Origin: an uncultured virus (IMG/VR IMGVR_UViG_3300006217_002156)
Lineage: Duplodnaviria; Heunggongvirae; Uroviricota; Caudoviricetes
Virus record (IMG/VR): IMGVR_UViG_3300006217_002156
Length of the DNA stretch: 64,000 nt
Strand: one strand, 5' to 3'
Shown: one piece after another, positions 45,944-55,351 of the stretch
Position numbering within the stretch: position 1 is the stretch's first letter
Layout: every line of letters starts with the position of its first letter
Notes under the pieces: model-generated
The model's database searches: none
Seen by the model: the letters and a program-made list of their open reading frames with translations, nothing else
What the model was told of the DNA's origin: nothing
Position numbers and translations under genes: made by a program

Positions 45944-46184
45944 ACAAATGTTGTAAAGGGTGGTTTTGAGAAAAACCGCCTAATACAACAAAGCGGCGGC
46001 TCGTTTGTGGTGATCGATACGGCGCAAGGGGGGTGAGACGGCGGTACACTGGCAGGAAGGCCACAACAGTGTACCGTCATTCGTTTCCCTGCTGGTACAA
46101 GCAGCCGCCTCCGGCGGCTTCAGCCGGGGGCTTGGGGGCTACGGCCACCAACAAGCTCGCGCCGGGTATATACCGGCGCATTAC
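45944..46184 (+). ncRNA. Candidate structured non-coding RNA (six consecutive hairpins; strand uncertain)
   Basis: e.g. gacggcggtacactg...cagtgtaccgtc, gccgcctccggcggc, gcgccgg-gtatata-ccggcgc. Confidence 0.45.
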
Positions 46185-46190
46185 TTGACA

Positions 46191-46601
46191 TTACATTCTG
46201 TTTGCCTGAATCTTTGTCATGAGGGCTTCCTGCAAAACCTGGGAGAAGTTGATATTGCGTTCCAGTGCCGCAGCATTGAGCCATGCGGGTAATGTCACAG
46301 TGCGATTAACAGACCGGTTAACTTTCGCCATGCGGATAGAGGGCATATATACATCGACCAACACAGCCCGTTCGTTCTCGGCGGTTGTTATATTAGACAG
46401 CGGCGTAGGTGCGGGGATTTCCTCGTTATCCTCTTCCATGCCGTAGAGGGCACAGCCCAGCAGTTCTCTTGCAGATAACAGCGCGTCATTGTCATCTGCA
46501 CCGCTGGTAGCAACATCCAGGTCAGGAAAGACAACTGCAATTTCCTGACCAGCTTCATAGGTGAATACAGCGGGATAAACATAGCGTTCGGTTTTCTTCA
46601 T
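46191..46601 (-). CDS. hicB: HicB antitoxin
   Basis: YPAVF, V.FPDL, A.ELL, IP.P, TVTLPAWLN...INFSQ.LQEAL. Confidence 0.92.
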   Translation of the reverse strand: MKKTERYVYPAVFTYEAGQEIAVVFPDLDVATSGADDNDALLSARELLGCALYGMEEDNEEIPAPTPLSNITTAENERAVLVDVYMPSIRMAKVNRSVNRTVTLPAWLNAAALERNINFSQVLQEALMTKIQANRM

Positions 46602-46645
46602 AAACAAAGCCTCCTGTTGAAATTAGGGGGGAGGGGAGTCGGGGC

Positions 46646-46843
46646 TTACCTGAATTTAAGCCCCGACTGCCGTTCGATACTGTCAAGTGTTTTGCGGGGA
46701 ATGTCCTTGTCCGGATGTTTAACCGTTGTCCGCCCTTTTTTTGTTGGGTGCTTGAATTGGTGGTGACTCCCGGTCACGTCCACTTCATACCATCCATCCG
46801 CTTTCAGTATCGCTATAACTTCCCTTGATGAATAGCTTTTCAT
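46646..46843 (-). CDS. hicA: HicA toxin
   Basis: DGW....GSHHQFKHPTKKG..TV.HP.KDI. Confidence 0.92.
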   Translation of the reverse strand: MKSYSSREVIAILKADGWYEVDVTGSHHQFKHPTKKGRTTVKHPDKDIPRKTLDSIERQSGLKFR

Positions 46844-46943
46844 GTACTTCCCTCCCGGCAATACTATAATAACACATATAAAAGTATTTGTCAACAGGAA
46901 AAACAAATATTTTTACATGTGTCAGAAAGGAGAAACCAGGGGA

Positions 46944-47315
46944 TCACTCCCCCGGTTTATTGTCAGCAGAGAATGCCTTTTTGTAACCGTCCAGGGAATC
47001 AATAAATACTTTGATGGCATCAAGTTCAGGTTCAGACATTTTCTCAATCTCAGCAATCAAGCGCTTTTTGGTAGGAGACAGATCAGGAGCATTAAACTTT
47101 GAGACGTAGCGCTCTCCTTCACCAGTCAACACCCATTGGGCAGAATATCCGAATGCTTGTTCAATCAATAGGGCAAGAGCCTCCGAAATGTTACAGCGCT
47201 TGCCTTTTAGCATATTTGAAACATAGCTTTCAGTCACCTTGATTGCACTGGCTAACTCCTTCTGTTTGATATGTTGCTCATCAAGAATAAGTCGAATTCT
47301 ATCTTTTAGCTCCAT
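46944..47315 (-). CDS. XRE HTH repressor, copy B
   Basis: Near-identical to 44613-44978. Confidence 0.85.
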   Translation of the reverse strand: MELKDRIRLILDEQHIKQKELASAIKVTESYVSNMLKGKRCNISEALALLIEQAFGYSAQWVLTGEGERYVSKFNAPDLSPTKKRLIAEIEKMSEPELDAIKVFIDSLDGYKKAFSADNKPGE

Positions 47316-47429
47316 ATTATCACCTCGTGTATACGATAACACAAAAACTTTTCCAAGGCAAGAAAAATGGTATTGACAACTTATCTAAGAAATGATATGC
47401 TTATCCCAGAAAAGAAAGGAGGGGTGAAC

Positions 47430-47597
47430 ATGCAGGGCGAGAAAACTGTGAAGATTATCGAAACTGTAAGAAACATGACGGACCACGAAGCAGATATTCT
47501 TGAAGTGTTCATGTCTGGCTTCCGAGCCGGAAAGCAGGTATCGAAACAGGAAATCGGAAATGAATCTGTGGCCTTACCGACGACCCAGGCCGGGTGA
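47430..47597 (+). CDS. Small divergent protein, copy B
   Basis: Near-identical to 45093-45260. Confidence 0.7.
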   Translation: MQGEKTVKIIETVRNMTDHEADILEVFMSGFRAGKQVSKQEIGNESVALPTTQAG

Positions 47598-47608
47598 ACG
47601 CCATCCGG

Positions 47609-47664
47609 CCCGCATAGGGCCATACCAGCCGGGAAGGGGTGGTGTCTGAAAATCACCCTTTACA
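47609..47664. repeat. Conserved element X, copy 2
   Basis: 54/56 identical to 923-978. Confidence 0.9.
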
Positions 47665-47738
47665 GCATCTGTATTATCAGAAGATAGAGGCTGGAGATAG
47701 GACTGGGGATTTCTTTATTTGGGATACGCTGGAGGATA

Positions 47739-47966
47739 TCACAGGGATTCACCAGCGTGTTCTGCGAGAAAATCATCCCGGCAGAGAAGATAGTCGGTAG
47801 AAACATCAAGTATATCAGCTATACGGACAAGGCAGTCCAGGGATGGAGAGCGGTCAGATTGCTCATATTTCTGATAAGTATTCAATGCAACATCCAACAT
47901 ATCCGCCATATTTTGCTGGGTATACTTTCGCTTCATTCGCAACTCACGTAATCTTTTATTAAACAT
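47739..47966 (-). CDS. XRE HTH protein
   Basis: KRLRELR...YQKYEQ...VSTDYLLCRD. Confidence 0.85.
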   Translation of the reverse strand: MFNKRLRELRMKRKYTQQNMADMLDVALNTYQKYEQSDRSPSLDCLVRIADILDVSTDYLLCRDDFLAEHAGESL

Positions 47967-48058
47967 GAAAATTCCTCCTTGACAATACATACAAAACGTA
48001 CTATATTACAGGTGGACAATCTACATACAATTCGTATGTAAAACGAGAGGACACTATC

Positions 48059-48268
48059 ATGGATGAAATCACGAAAGAGACCGAATGCTGCCAGAACGGT
48101 AAGCACTTCTATCAGCACTATGTGGAGAACATGTTTTGCAAGGAACGGTTTACGCCTACTGTGTTTGGACACTGCGTATATCCACGGTTCAAGAATCGGA
48201 AGTGTGAAGATGTATGTGGGAAGTTTGAAAGGAGGGAGAGGGATGAGAAAGGCTGTGGGGTATTTTGA
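48059..48268 (+). CDS. Small Cys-rich protein
   Basis: CCQN.KHF.QHY...GHC...C.KFE. Confidence 0.55.
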   Translation: MDEITKETECCQNGKHFYQHYVENMFCKERFTPTVFGHCVYPRFKNRKCEDVCGKFERRERDEKGCGVF

Positions 48269-48479
48269 CTGGCCGGAGCCGTCGCTGGACGAGCCGGAGG
48301 CAGCGCCCAGGAGATGCGGGAAATGCGGCGCCGGGTTTGACCTGGGGGAGAGCTTGTACCGGGACGGAGAGGCCCTGTTCTGTGAGGAGTGCTTCAAGGA
48401 ATGGGCTATGGAGCTTCTGGAGACCAGTCCTGTAATTTTGGCGCAGCGGATGGGCTTTGACGTGGAGGCGGCGGAGTAG
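48243..48479 (+). CDS. Zn-finger protein
   Basis: CGKCG...FCEEC. Confidence 0.65.
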   Translation: MRKAVGYFDWPEPSLDEPEAAPRRCGKCGAGFDLGESLYRDGEALFCEECFKEWAMELLETSPVILAQRMGFDVEAAE

Positions 48480-48488
48480 GAGGCAGCC

Positions 48489-48692
48489 ATGGAGAAAAAC
48501 GGTGTGGCGAGATATGTAGAGACCGGTGTTTCCATTTTCTTCCCGGAGGGGGAGATGAAGTGTGCTCTATGCCCGCTGCTGGAGACCTACTCCAGGGATC
48601 AGTGCAGGCGGACGGGAGAATACATTTTGGACCGCCGGGTGATTGGGCAGCTTTGTCCGCTGGAAATAAAAGCAAAGGAGAACGCTTTATAA
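48489..48692 (+). CDS. Small Cys-rich protein
   Basis: CALCP, CR.TGE, CPL. Confidence 0.65.
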   Translation: MEKNGVARYVETGVSIFFPEGEMKCALCPLLETYSRDQCRRTGEYILDRRVIGQLCPLEIKAKENAL

Positions 48693-48693
48693 C

Positions 48694-49326
48694 ATGGGGA
48701 TTCCTGTTTTGATCCTTGGTGACTCCGGCGCTGGGAAATCTGCTTCCATGCGGAATTTTAACAGCCAGGATGTGCGTGTGTTCAACGTGGCAAGCAAGCC
48801 GCTGCCCTTCCGGGGGAAGCTCCCGGTGCTGAACGCAGCCACCTACAGCTCCATCATTCAGACCCTTTCCAAGCCTGACCGAAAGATTTACGTCATTGAC
48901 GACAGCCAGTATCTCATGGCCTTTGAGTTCTTTGACCGGGCCAAAGAGACCGGGTATAATAAATTTACGGACATCGGGCTTCACTTTCGTGATTTAATCC
49001 AGTTCATCGTCTCTCAGACCCCGCCGGATGTTATTGTATACCTACTGCACCACACGGAGAGCAGCGAAACCGGCACCCTGAAGGCAAAGACCATTGGCCG
49101 GATGCTGGATGAGAAGCTGACCGTGGAGGGGCTTTTCTCCATCGTCCTGCTGTGCAAGGGGGAGAAGGACCGGCACTACTTTGAGACCCAATCCAATGGA
49201 CTCAGCACAGCCAAAAGCCCCATGAAAATGTTCCCGCCAGAGATCGACAACGATCTGAAGCTGGTGGACGACACCATCCGCGAATACTACGGCATGGACA
49301 AACAAGAAAGGGAGGAAACGGTATGA
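48694..49326 (+). CDS. AAA_24/Sak4-like ATPase (recombination)
   Basis: LILGDSGAGKS, VIDD.QY, AKSP. Confidence 0.85.
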   Translation: MGIPVLILGDSGAGKSASMRNFNSQDVRVFNVASKPLPFRGKLPVLNAATYSSIIQTLSKPDRKIYVIDDSQYLMAFEFFDRAKETGYNKFTDIGLHFRDLIQFIVSQTPPDVIVYLLHHTESSETGTLKAKTIGRMLDEKLTVEGLFSIVLLCKGEKDRHYFETQSNGLSTAKSPMKMFPPEIDNDLKLVDDTIREYYGMDKQEREETV

Positions 49327-49853
49327 GACACACGGATTGGAGAGCCGTTGCGGCAAGAGATGACTTCGACAATCCCATCCCTGGCGCTTACATCGCAAGG
49401 ATCATCACTGTGACCGACGTGGAGGAGAAGGAATACCTTAGGATCGAGTGGGACTTTGCAGAGGGCAGCTACAAGGGCTATAACGGGGAGACCTTTTCCC
49501 GGGCCGGGTTCTGGCCCACCGCCATGTTCTGCTCTTACAAAGAGACAGCAAAAGGCTTTTTCAAGTCTTTTCTGAACGCTGTGGAGGCCTCCAACCCTGG
49601 TTATATCTTCGATGATTACCACCCGGAGCTCCTGGTAGGGAAGCTGATCGGCGTGGTCCTGGGGGAGGAGGACTATACCAGATCCAACGGCGATTCCGGC
49701 AAGCGCCTGTATGTGGCGCAGAAGAAGTCCATCCAGCAGATCCAGGCCGGGGACTTCAAGCTCCCTCAGCCGAAAAAGAAGGCGTCTGCGCCGGCGCCCC
49801 AGTACCCGGCTGCCGATATGGACGATGATGGCCCCCTCCCCTGGGACGAATAA
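49323..49853 (+). CDS. DUF669-like single-stranded DNA-binding protein
   Basis: PG.Y..RI, L.GK..G.V...E.Y, acidic DDDGPLPW tail. Confidence 0.7.
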   Translation: MRHTDWRAVAARDDFDNPIPGAYIARIITVTDVEEKEYLRIEWDFAEGSYKGYNGETFSRAGFWPTAMFCSYKETAKGFFKSFLNAVEASNPGYIFDDYHPELLVGKLIGVVLGEEDYTRSNGDSGKRLYVAQKKSIQQIQAGDFKLPQPKKKASAPAPQYPAADMDDDGPLPWDE

Positions 49854-49864
49854 GGGGGGAGCCC

Positions 49865-50701
49865 ATGAAAAGCGGGATCGACTATTTCCCGCTTGATGTC
49901 ACACTGGATGCGAAAATGGAACTGATAGAAGCAGAGTTTGGCCTGACAGGATTTGGTGTAGTCGTTCACTTGCTGCAGGAGATCTACGGCAAGGCAGGTT
50001 ACTACATTGAATGGACAAATGAGGTTGCGCTTTTGTTCGCCCGCAAGGTCGGGTTGGGTGGGGGCGCCGTTTCTGAAATAGTGGAGGCTTCTATCAGACG
50101 GGGTATGTTCGACAAAGAGATCTTCAATAAGTACCGAGTCCTCACATCAAAGGGCATACAAAAGAGGTATTTTGAGGCCGTCAGCCGCCGGAAGTCTCTG
50201 GAAGTCGATTTTAACATACTCCTGGTTGACCTTACCATTTTTTCTGAAAATGTTACCATTAAGCGGGTAAATGTAAACATTCTTTCCCAAAATGCCGACA
50301 GTTCCAAACAGAGGAAAGAAGAGAAGAGTAAAGTAGAGAAGAGTAAAGTAGAGCATAGGAAAGGAAAGAAAGGGGCGGACAAGCCGCCCGCTTCCTCTCA
50401 TTTCGTGCCGCCCACTCTGGAGGAGGTCACGGCATATATCAAAGAGAAGGGTTATCAGGCTGCCGATCCCAGGGCCTTTTTGGATTTCTATACCTCAAAA
50501 GGCTGGATGGTAGGGAAAAACAAGATGACGAACTGGAGAGCTGCCGTATCGGGATGGGACAGAAGGCAGCGGCAATTTTCCGGAACCGCTGCCGGTTATG
50601 GAGGGACAAGGCCGCAGCCGGGTACACCGGGGGAGGCGGATCAGCGCTCCAGGGAGGACATGGAACGCTTGCGAAAGTTCATGGAGGGGGCGAAGGGATG
50701 A
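49865..50701 (+). CDS. DUF4373 replication initiator
   Basis: GIDYFPLD, GYY, LTS.GIQKRY, PPTLEEV..Y, F.DFY...GW. Confidence 0.85.
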   Translation: MKSGIDYFPLDVTLDAKMELIEAEFGLTGFGVVVHLLQEIYGKAGYYIEWTNEVALLFARKVGLGGGAVSEIVEASIRRGMFDKEIFNKYRVLTSKGIQKRYFEAVSRRKSLEVDFNILLVDLTIFSENVTIKRVNVNILSQNADSSKQRKEEKSKVEKSKVEHRKGKKGADKPPASSHFVPPTLEEVTAYIKEKGYQAADPRAFLDFYTSKGWMVGKNKMTNWRAAVSGWDRRQRQFSGTAAGYGGTRPQPGTPGEADQRSREDMERLRKFMEGAKG

Positions 50702-50937
50702 GAGGCTGTCAACTGACAAATTGGTACACCGTCTACAAAGCGGAGCGGGACCAGCTGGTCACCATTGGGTTTGCCAAAGAGTGCGCAGCCTACCTGGGCT
50801 GGGCGGTAGATTCCTTTCGGTCCATGGTGTCCAAGGTCAAGAGCGGGAAAAACAAGTCCTACTGCGTGGTGGTGGAGGACTTGCTGTCTGGGTCCTATGC
50901 GGTCTACGGGGCGGACAACACCGGGGAGCTGAGATGA
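50698..50937 (+). CDS. Hypothetical DNA-binding protein
   Basis: Y.VY...D.LV..G.A.ECA..LG....SF. Confidence 0.6.
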   Translation: MRGCQLTNWYTVYKAERDQLVTIGFAKECAAYLGWAVDSFRSMVSKVKSGKNKSYCVVVEDLLSGSYAVYGADNTGELR

Positions 50938-51344
50938 GAGAGCATAGAGTCGTGAAGCTGGTGATCCCGGGGGTGCTGCCCAATCTCAACGACTACATAG
51001 CGGCGGAGCGCCGGCACCGGCAGAAGGCGGCCGCCATGAAGCGCCGGACTGAGCAGGTCATCGCCCTGGCGGCCAGAAAACAGCTCCGGGGAGTGCGCTT
51101 TACCGGGCCGGTGGTCATGGGGTATTGCTGGTATGAGCCCAACCGGAGAAGGGACAAGGACAACGTGTCCAGCTTTGGCCGAAAGTGCATCCAGGACGCC
51201 CTGGTGCGGGCGGGGGTGCTGAAAAACGACGGCTGGGGGGAGATCGACTCCTTCTCCGACAGGTTCTTTGTGGACAAGGACAATCCCAGGGTGGAGGTAA
51301 CCATCGAAGAGCGGAAAAGCGGGCAAGGAGCGACGGTGGACTGA
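50934..51344 (+). CDS. rusA: RusA-like Holliday junction resolvase
   Basis: RRDKDN...K.IQDALV.AG.L.ND, PRVEV.I. Confidence 0.85.
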   Translation: MREHRVVKLVIPGVLPNLNDYIAAERRHRQKAAAMKRRTEQVIALAARKQLRGVRFTGPVVMGYCWYEPNRRRDKDNVSSFGRKCIQDALVRAGVLKNDGWGEIDSFSDRFFVDKDNPRVEVTIEERKSGQGATVD

Positions 51345-51436
51345 AGTGAGGGCGAGCGGAAGGCCGCTTTGCGGCCTGAAGACCAGCCCGAATCAGAGGG
51401 AAGCGGAGCGACGGGGTGTGAGGGAGGAGGCAAAAA

Positions 51437-51874
51437 ATGAACTGGAAGATAGAAGCGATCAACAAGCTAAAGGGCTATGAAGCCCATCGGGTGGCCTTGG
51501 CTGCCATCCCGGCGGAGATCAAGCGGCTGGAGGAGGATGCGACCGTGCTCAAAACGGCCAGCACGGATCGGGAACCGGTTCATCAGGGGGAGAGCAACAG
51601 AGAGGACCAGCTGCTGTCCAACATCGTCCACCGGGGGGAGCTGGAGCGGGCGCTGAAGCAGGCCCGGGCCTGGGTGAACATTGTGGAACAGGGACTTGGA
51701 GTGCTGGATGCAGAGGAGCGCCAGGTGCTGGACAGATTCTATATCCACCGGGCTATGGGGAATATTGACCTTCTATGTGAGGAACTCCACCTGGAGAAAA
51801 GCCGGGTCTATGAACTCAAGGACAAGGCTTTGCGTCATTTTACCCTGGCGCTCTATGGCGTGGTGGAGACCTAA
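51437..51874 (+). CDS. ArpU/RinA-like late transcriptional regulator
   Basis: Before terS; L..EER.VL.RFY...L..EL.......Y..K..AL. Confidence 0.75.
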   Translation: MNWKIEAINKLKGYEAHRVALAAIPAEIKRLEEDATVLKTASTDREPVHQGESNREDQLLSNIVHRGELERALKQARAWVNIVEQGLGVLDAEERQVLDRFYIHRAMGNIDLLCEELHLEKSRVYELKDKALRHFTLALYGVVET

Positions 51875-52063
51875 AAGACCGGAAAAAAACCGGAAGATTT
51901 TCTGGATTGACAGTGATAGAATGATAAAAACGAACATGGGATAGAAGCCCCGCCGGGCCAAAGATCCGGCGGGGTTTTGTGCTGGGAAGGGCAACCGAAA
52001 GGAGTGGTGAGAAGGATCTCGGACCTTTGCTGCTGCCCTTTATTTTGACTTGGGGTGGTGAGA

Positions 52064-52627
52064 ATGGCCAAGCTGACGCCAAAGCAGGAGCGGTTTGTGA
52101 ATGAATACCTGGTGGATCTCAATGCCACCGCCGCTGCTAAGCGGGCTGGATATAGCGAAAAGACAGCCAAAAGTCAAGGGCAAAGGCTGTTGACCAATGT
52201 TGACATCCAGGCTGCCATCCAAAAGCGCCGTGCAAAGCTCCAAGGTAAACTGGAAATCACCCAAGAGCAGGTGCTTGAGGAGCTGGCCGCTATCGCTTTT
52301 GCCAACGGTGCTGACTTCGCCACCGTCAGTCAAAATGGCATTGTCCGCATTACTCCCACCTCTGAGTTGTCGGAGGGAAAACGCAAAGCCATTGCCTCCA
52401 TCAAGGAGGGCCAATATGGCACGGAGGTCAAGACCTATGACAAGGTCAAGGCCCTTGAGCTGCTGGCCAAGTACTTGGGCCTGTTCGACAGCAAGAGCGG
52501 TGGCACAGAGCCGGAAGAAAACAATATCTTTGAGGTCATCGGCCAGAGCACCAGAGAGGAGTTAGACACAAGTGAGATACCAGAAATTGAGCCCCCGTCA
52601 AAACCTGGCCATGACATGGTGGAATAG
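52064..52627 (+). CDS. Terminase small subunit
   Basis: LTPKQ.RFV.EYL.DLNAT.AA.RAGYS. Confidence 0.92.
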   Translation: MAKLTPKQERFVNEYLVDLNATAAAKRAGYSEKTAKSQGQRLLTNVDIQAAIQKRRAKLQGKLEITQEQVLEELAAIAFANGADFATVSQNGIVRITPTSELSEGKRKAIASIKEGQYGTEVKTYDKVKALELLAKYLGLFDSKSGGTEPEENNIFEVIGQSTREELDTSEIPEIEPPSKPGHDMVE

Positions 52628-53798
52628 GCCGGGATTTGAGAGCTATGACGGTATCATTTGTGACGGCTCTATCCGCTCCGGCAAGACGGTGGCCATGACT
52701 GTGGGCTTTGTCCTGTGGGCTATGACCCGCTTTGAGGGGCAAAACTTTGCCATCTGCGGGAAAACCATTGAGAGCCTGCGGCGCAATGTGACCAATAATC
52801 TACCCACCTGGCTGGTTGGGATCTTTTCATTCAAAGAGCACCGTGTAGAAAATAAGATCACGGTTACAGCCGCAGAACGAACAAATACCTTTTATTTGTT
52901 CGGGGGCAAAGACGAAGGCAGCGCCGCCCTCATTCAAGGCATCACCTTGGCGGGTATCCTGCTGGATGAGGTGGCCCTCATGCCGGAGAGCTTTGTGAAG
53001 CAGGCAACAGCCCGCTGCTCTGTGGACGGCTCCAAGCTGTGGTTTAACTGCAACCCGGAGGGTCCGGTCCACTGGTTTTACACTACTTGGATCTTGGAGG
53101 TTCAAAAGCGAAACATGCTGCACCTCCATTTCACCATGGATGACAACCTTAGCCTCTCCGCCGCTGTCAAGGCCAGGTATGAGAACCTTTACTCTGGCGT
53201 GTTTTATGACCGCTTTATCCGGGGCCTGTGGGTGGCGGCGGAGGGGCTTATTTACACCATGTTCAACAAGGACTTTCATGTGGTCAAGCCGGAGCCCCGG
53301 CCCTATGACCGCTACTATATCTCTGTGGACTACGGTACCATCAACCCTACCAGCGCCGGCCTGTGGGGCCGCGCCAATGGCCGGTGGTACCGAATGCAGG
53401 AATATTACTTTGACAGCCGCAAAGAGGGGCGCCAGCGCACCGATGAGGAGCACTACGCAGAATTAGAGGCCCTTGCGGCGGACTTGCCCATCCGGGCGGT
53501 CATTGTGGATCCTTCCGCAGCCTCTTTTATTGAGGTCATCCGCCGCCATGGCCGGTTTCGGGTGGAGAAGGCATCCAACGCTGTCATTGATGGAATCCGC
53601 AATGTGGCCACACGACTCCAGAATGGAGATATTTTTATCTGCGACAACTGTAAGGACTGTATCCGGGAGTTTGGCATGTACCGCTGGGACGAAAAAGCCC
53701 ATACGGACCGGCCCATCAAGGAAAATGACCACAGCATGGACGACGTGCGCTACTTTGTCCACAAGGTCTACGCCCCGGAGCTGTTCAGCTTCAAGTGA
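52572..53798 (+). CDS. PBSX-type terminase large subunit
   Basis: DGSIRSGKT, LLDEVALMP, CNP, DYGT, DHSMD..RY. Confidence 0.95.
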   Translation: MRYQKLSPRQNLAMTWWNRPGFESYDGIICDGSIRSGKTVAMTVGFVLWAMTRFEGQNFAICGKTIESLRRNVTNNLPTWLVGIFSFKEHRVENKITVTAAERTNTFYLFGGKDEGSAALIQGITLAGILLDEVALMPESFVKQATARCSVDGSKLWFNCNPEGPVHWFYTTWILEVQKRNMLHLHFTMDDNLSLSAAVKARYENLYSGVFYDRFIRGLWVAAEGLIYTMFNKDFHVVKPEPRPYDRYYISVDYGTINPTSAGLWGRANGRWYRMQEYYFDSRKEGRQRTDEEHYAELEALAADLPIRAVIVDPSAASFIEVIRRHGRFRVEKASNAVIDGIRNVATRLQNGDIFICDNCKDCIREFGMYRWDEKAHTDRPIKENDHSMDDVRYFVHKVYAPELFSFK

Positions 53799-53809
53799 GG
53801 TGAAAAATA

Positions 53810-55351
53810 ATGGTGGTGCTGAATTTGCGAAATGACTGCGCAGTTAGGACGGACACCAACTTCAAGCTCGGTATGACAGACAGGCGCTTTTTGGAGCTGG
53901 AGATTACATCCTGGCTGCATTCCCTGGAGCGTAAGCAACAGCTCACCGCTGAGATCTATTATGATGGCCGGCAGGACGTGCTCAAGAGGAGGCGCATGGC
54001 GCTGGACGACGACGGCAAGCTGGTGCAGCTGGAGCATTTGCCCAACAACCGGCTGGTCAATAATCTCTACTCCAAGATGGTGGACCAAAAGACGAACTAC
54101 TCTTTTGGCCGCCCTTTTTCTTTTGATACCGAAAACAAAGAGTACGCCAAGGTTTTGGGAAATGTTTTCGGCCACCGCTTCCGCCGTACGCTCCGCAACA
54201 TCGGAGAGGGCGCTTTTATTGGCGGGAAAAGCTGGCTTTATATCTACTACGACGATAACGGGGAACTGAGCTTCAAGCGATTTCCAGCCCATGAGATCCT
54301 GCCCTTTTGGGCGGATGCGGACCATACTATACTGGATGCTGCCGTCCACGTCTATGCGGTGCTGGAGTATGACGAAGATGAACAGGCAAAAAAGGTGGTC
54401 AAGGTAGAAGTGATGCATGGCGGCGGCGTGGATTGCTTTTTTCGCCGGGATGACGGCACCCTTGAGCCAGACCCGGATGGGAGATCCGGCCCCTATATAG
54501 CCGTGGCGGATTCCTCCGACAGGGTGGTCAGCGGTTATAACTGGGAGCGCATCCCGTTGATTTGCTTTAAAAGCTCTCACCATGAAATTCCCCTGCTGTC
54601 CAGGGTGAAGTGCCTGCAGGACGCCTATAATGACATCCTTTCTAACTTCACCAACCAGATGGAGGAGGATATCCACAGCACCATCCTGGTCATTAAGAAT
54701 TATGACGGAGAGGATCTTGGCACTTTCCGCAAAAATCTGTCAACTTACGGCGCCATTAAGGTCCGTTCCTATGAGGGAGCTGAGGGTGGGGTAGATACCC
54801 TTGAGATCACTGTGAACGCTGAAAACTATAAGGTGCTGCTCTCTCTGCTGAAAGACGCCATTATCGAAAATGCCAGAGGTTACGACGCCAAGGATGACCG
54901 CATGAGCGGCAACCCGAACCAGCTAAACATAAAGACGATGCTGTGCGACATTGATTTGGATGCCAACGGGATCGAAACCGAGTTTCAGGCCAGTATGGAA
55001 GAGCTGCTGTGGTTTGTCAACCGGCATCTGGTCAACACCGGGCAAGGAAATTTTGAAAACGAACCGATTCGCATGATCTTTGACCGGGATACCGTTATCA
55101 ATGAGAGTGAGGTTATCACTAACTGCAAGAACTCCGTGGGCATCCTCTCAGATGAAACCATTGTGAAGATGCACCCCTGGGTGGACGATCCCACAACTGA
55201 GCTTGAGCGGATCAAAAGGGAAAGGGAGGAGGCTGCCGACGACCCCTACCAGGCCGCTTTTATGGCCAACCGGAAGAACAGCGCAGGCGGCTCCGGTGGT
55301 GATCCATTGACCGGCCAGGACGGCGGTGACAGCAATGGCCCGGCAGACTAA
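53810..55351 (+). CDS. SPP1-type portal
   Basis: YY.G.QD, VDQK..Y, NW..IP.I.FK, S.ET....HPWV.D...EL.RI. Confidence 0.9.
   Translation: MVVLNLRNDCAVRTDTNFKLGMTDRRFLELEITSWLHSLERKQQLTAEIYYDGRQDVLKRRRMALDDDGKLVQLEHLPNNRLVNNLYSKMVDQKTNYSFGRPFSFDTENKEYAKVLGNVFGHRFRRTLRNIGEGAFIGGKSWLYIYYDDNGELSFKRFPAHEILPFWADADHTILDAAVHVYAVLEYDEDEQAKKVVKVEVMHGGGVDCFFRRDDGTLEPDPDGRSGPYIAVADSSDRVVSGYNWERIPLICFKSSHHEIPLLSRVKCLQDAYNDILSNFTNQMEEDIHSTILVIKNYDGEDLGTFRKNLSTYGAIKVRSYEGAEGGVDTLEITVNAENYKVLLSLLKDAIIENARGYDAKDDRMSGNPNQLNIKTMLCDIDLDANGIETEFQASMEELLWFVNRHLVNTGQGNFENEPIRMIFDRDTVINESEVITNCKNSVGILSDETIVKMHPWVDDPTTELERIKREREEAADDPYQAAFMANRKNSAGGSGGDPLTGQDGGDSNGPAD

Noticed and set aside
51341..51425. Hairpin followed by CTGAAGA resembling a hammerhead ribozyme
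   Set aside because: No properly placed GAAA and stem II/III; more likely a small intergenic repeat
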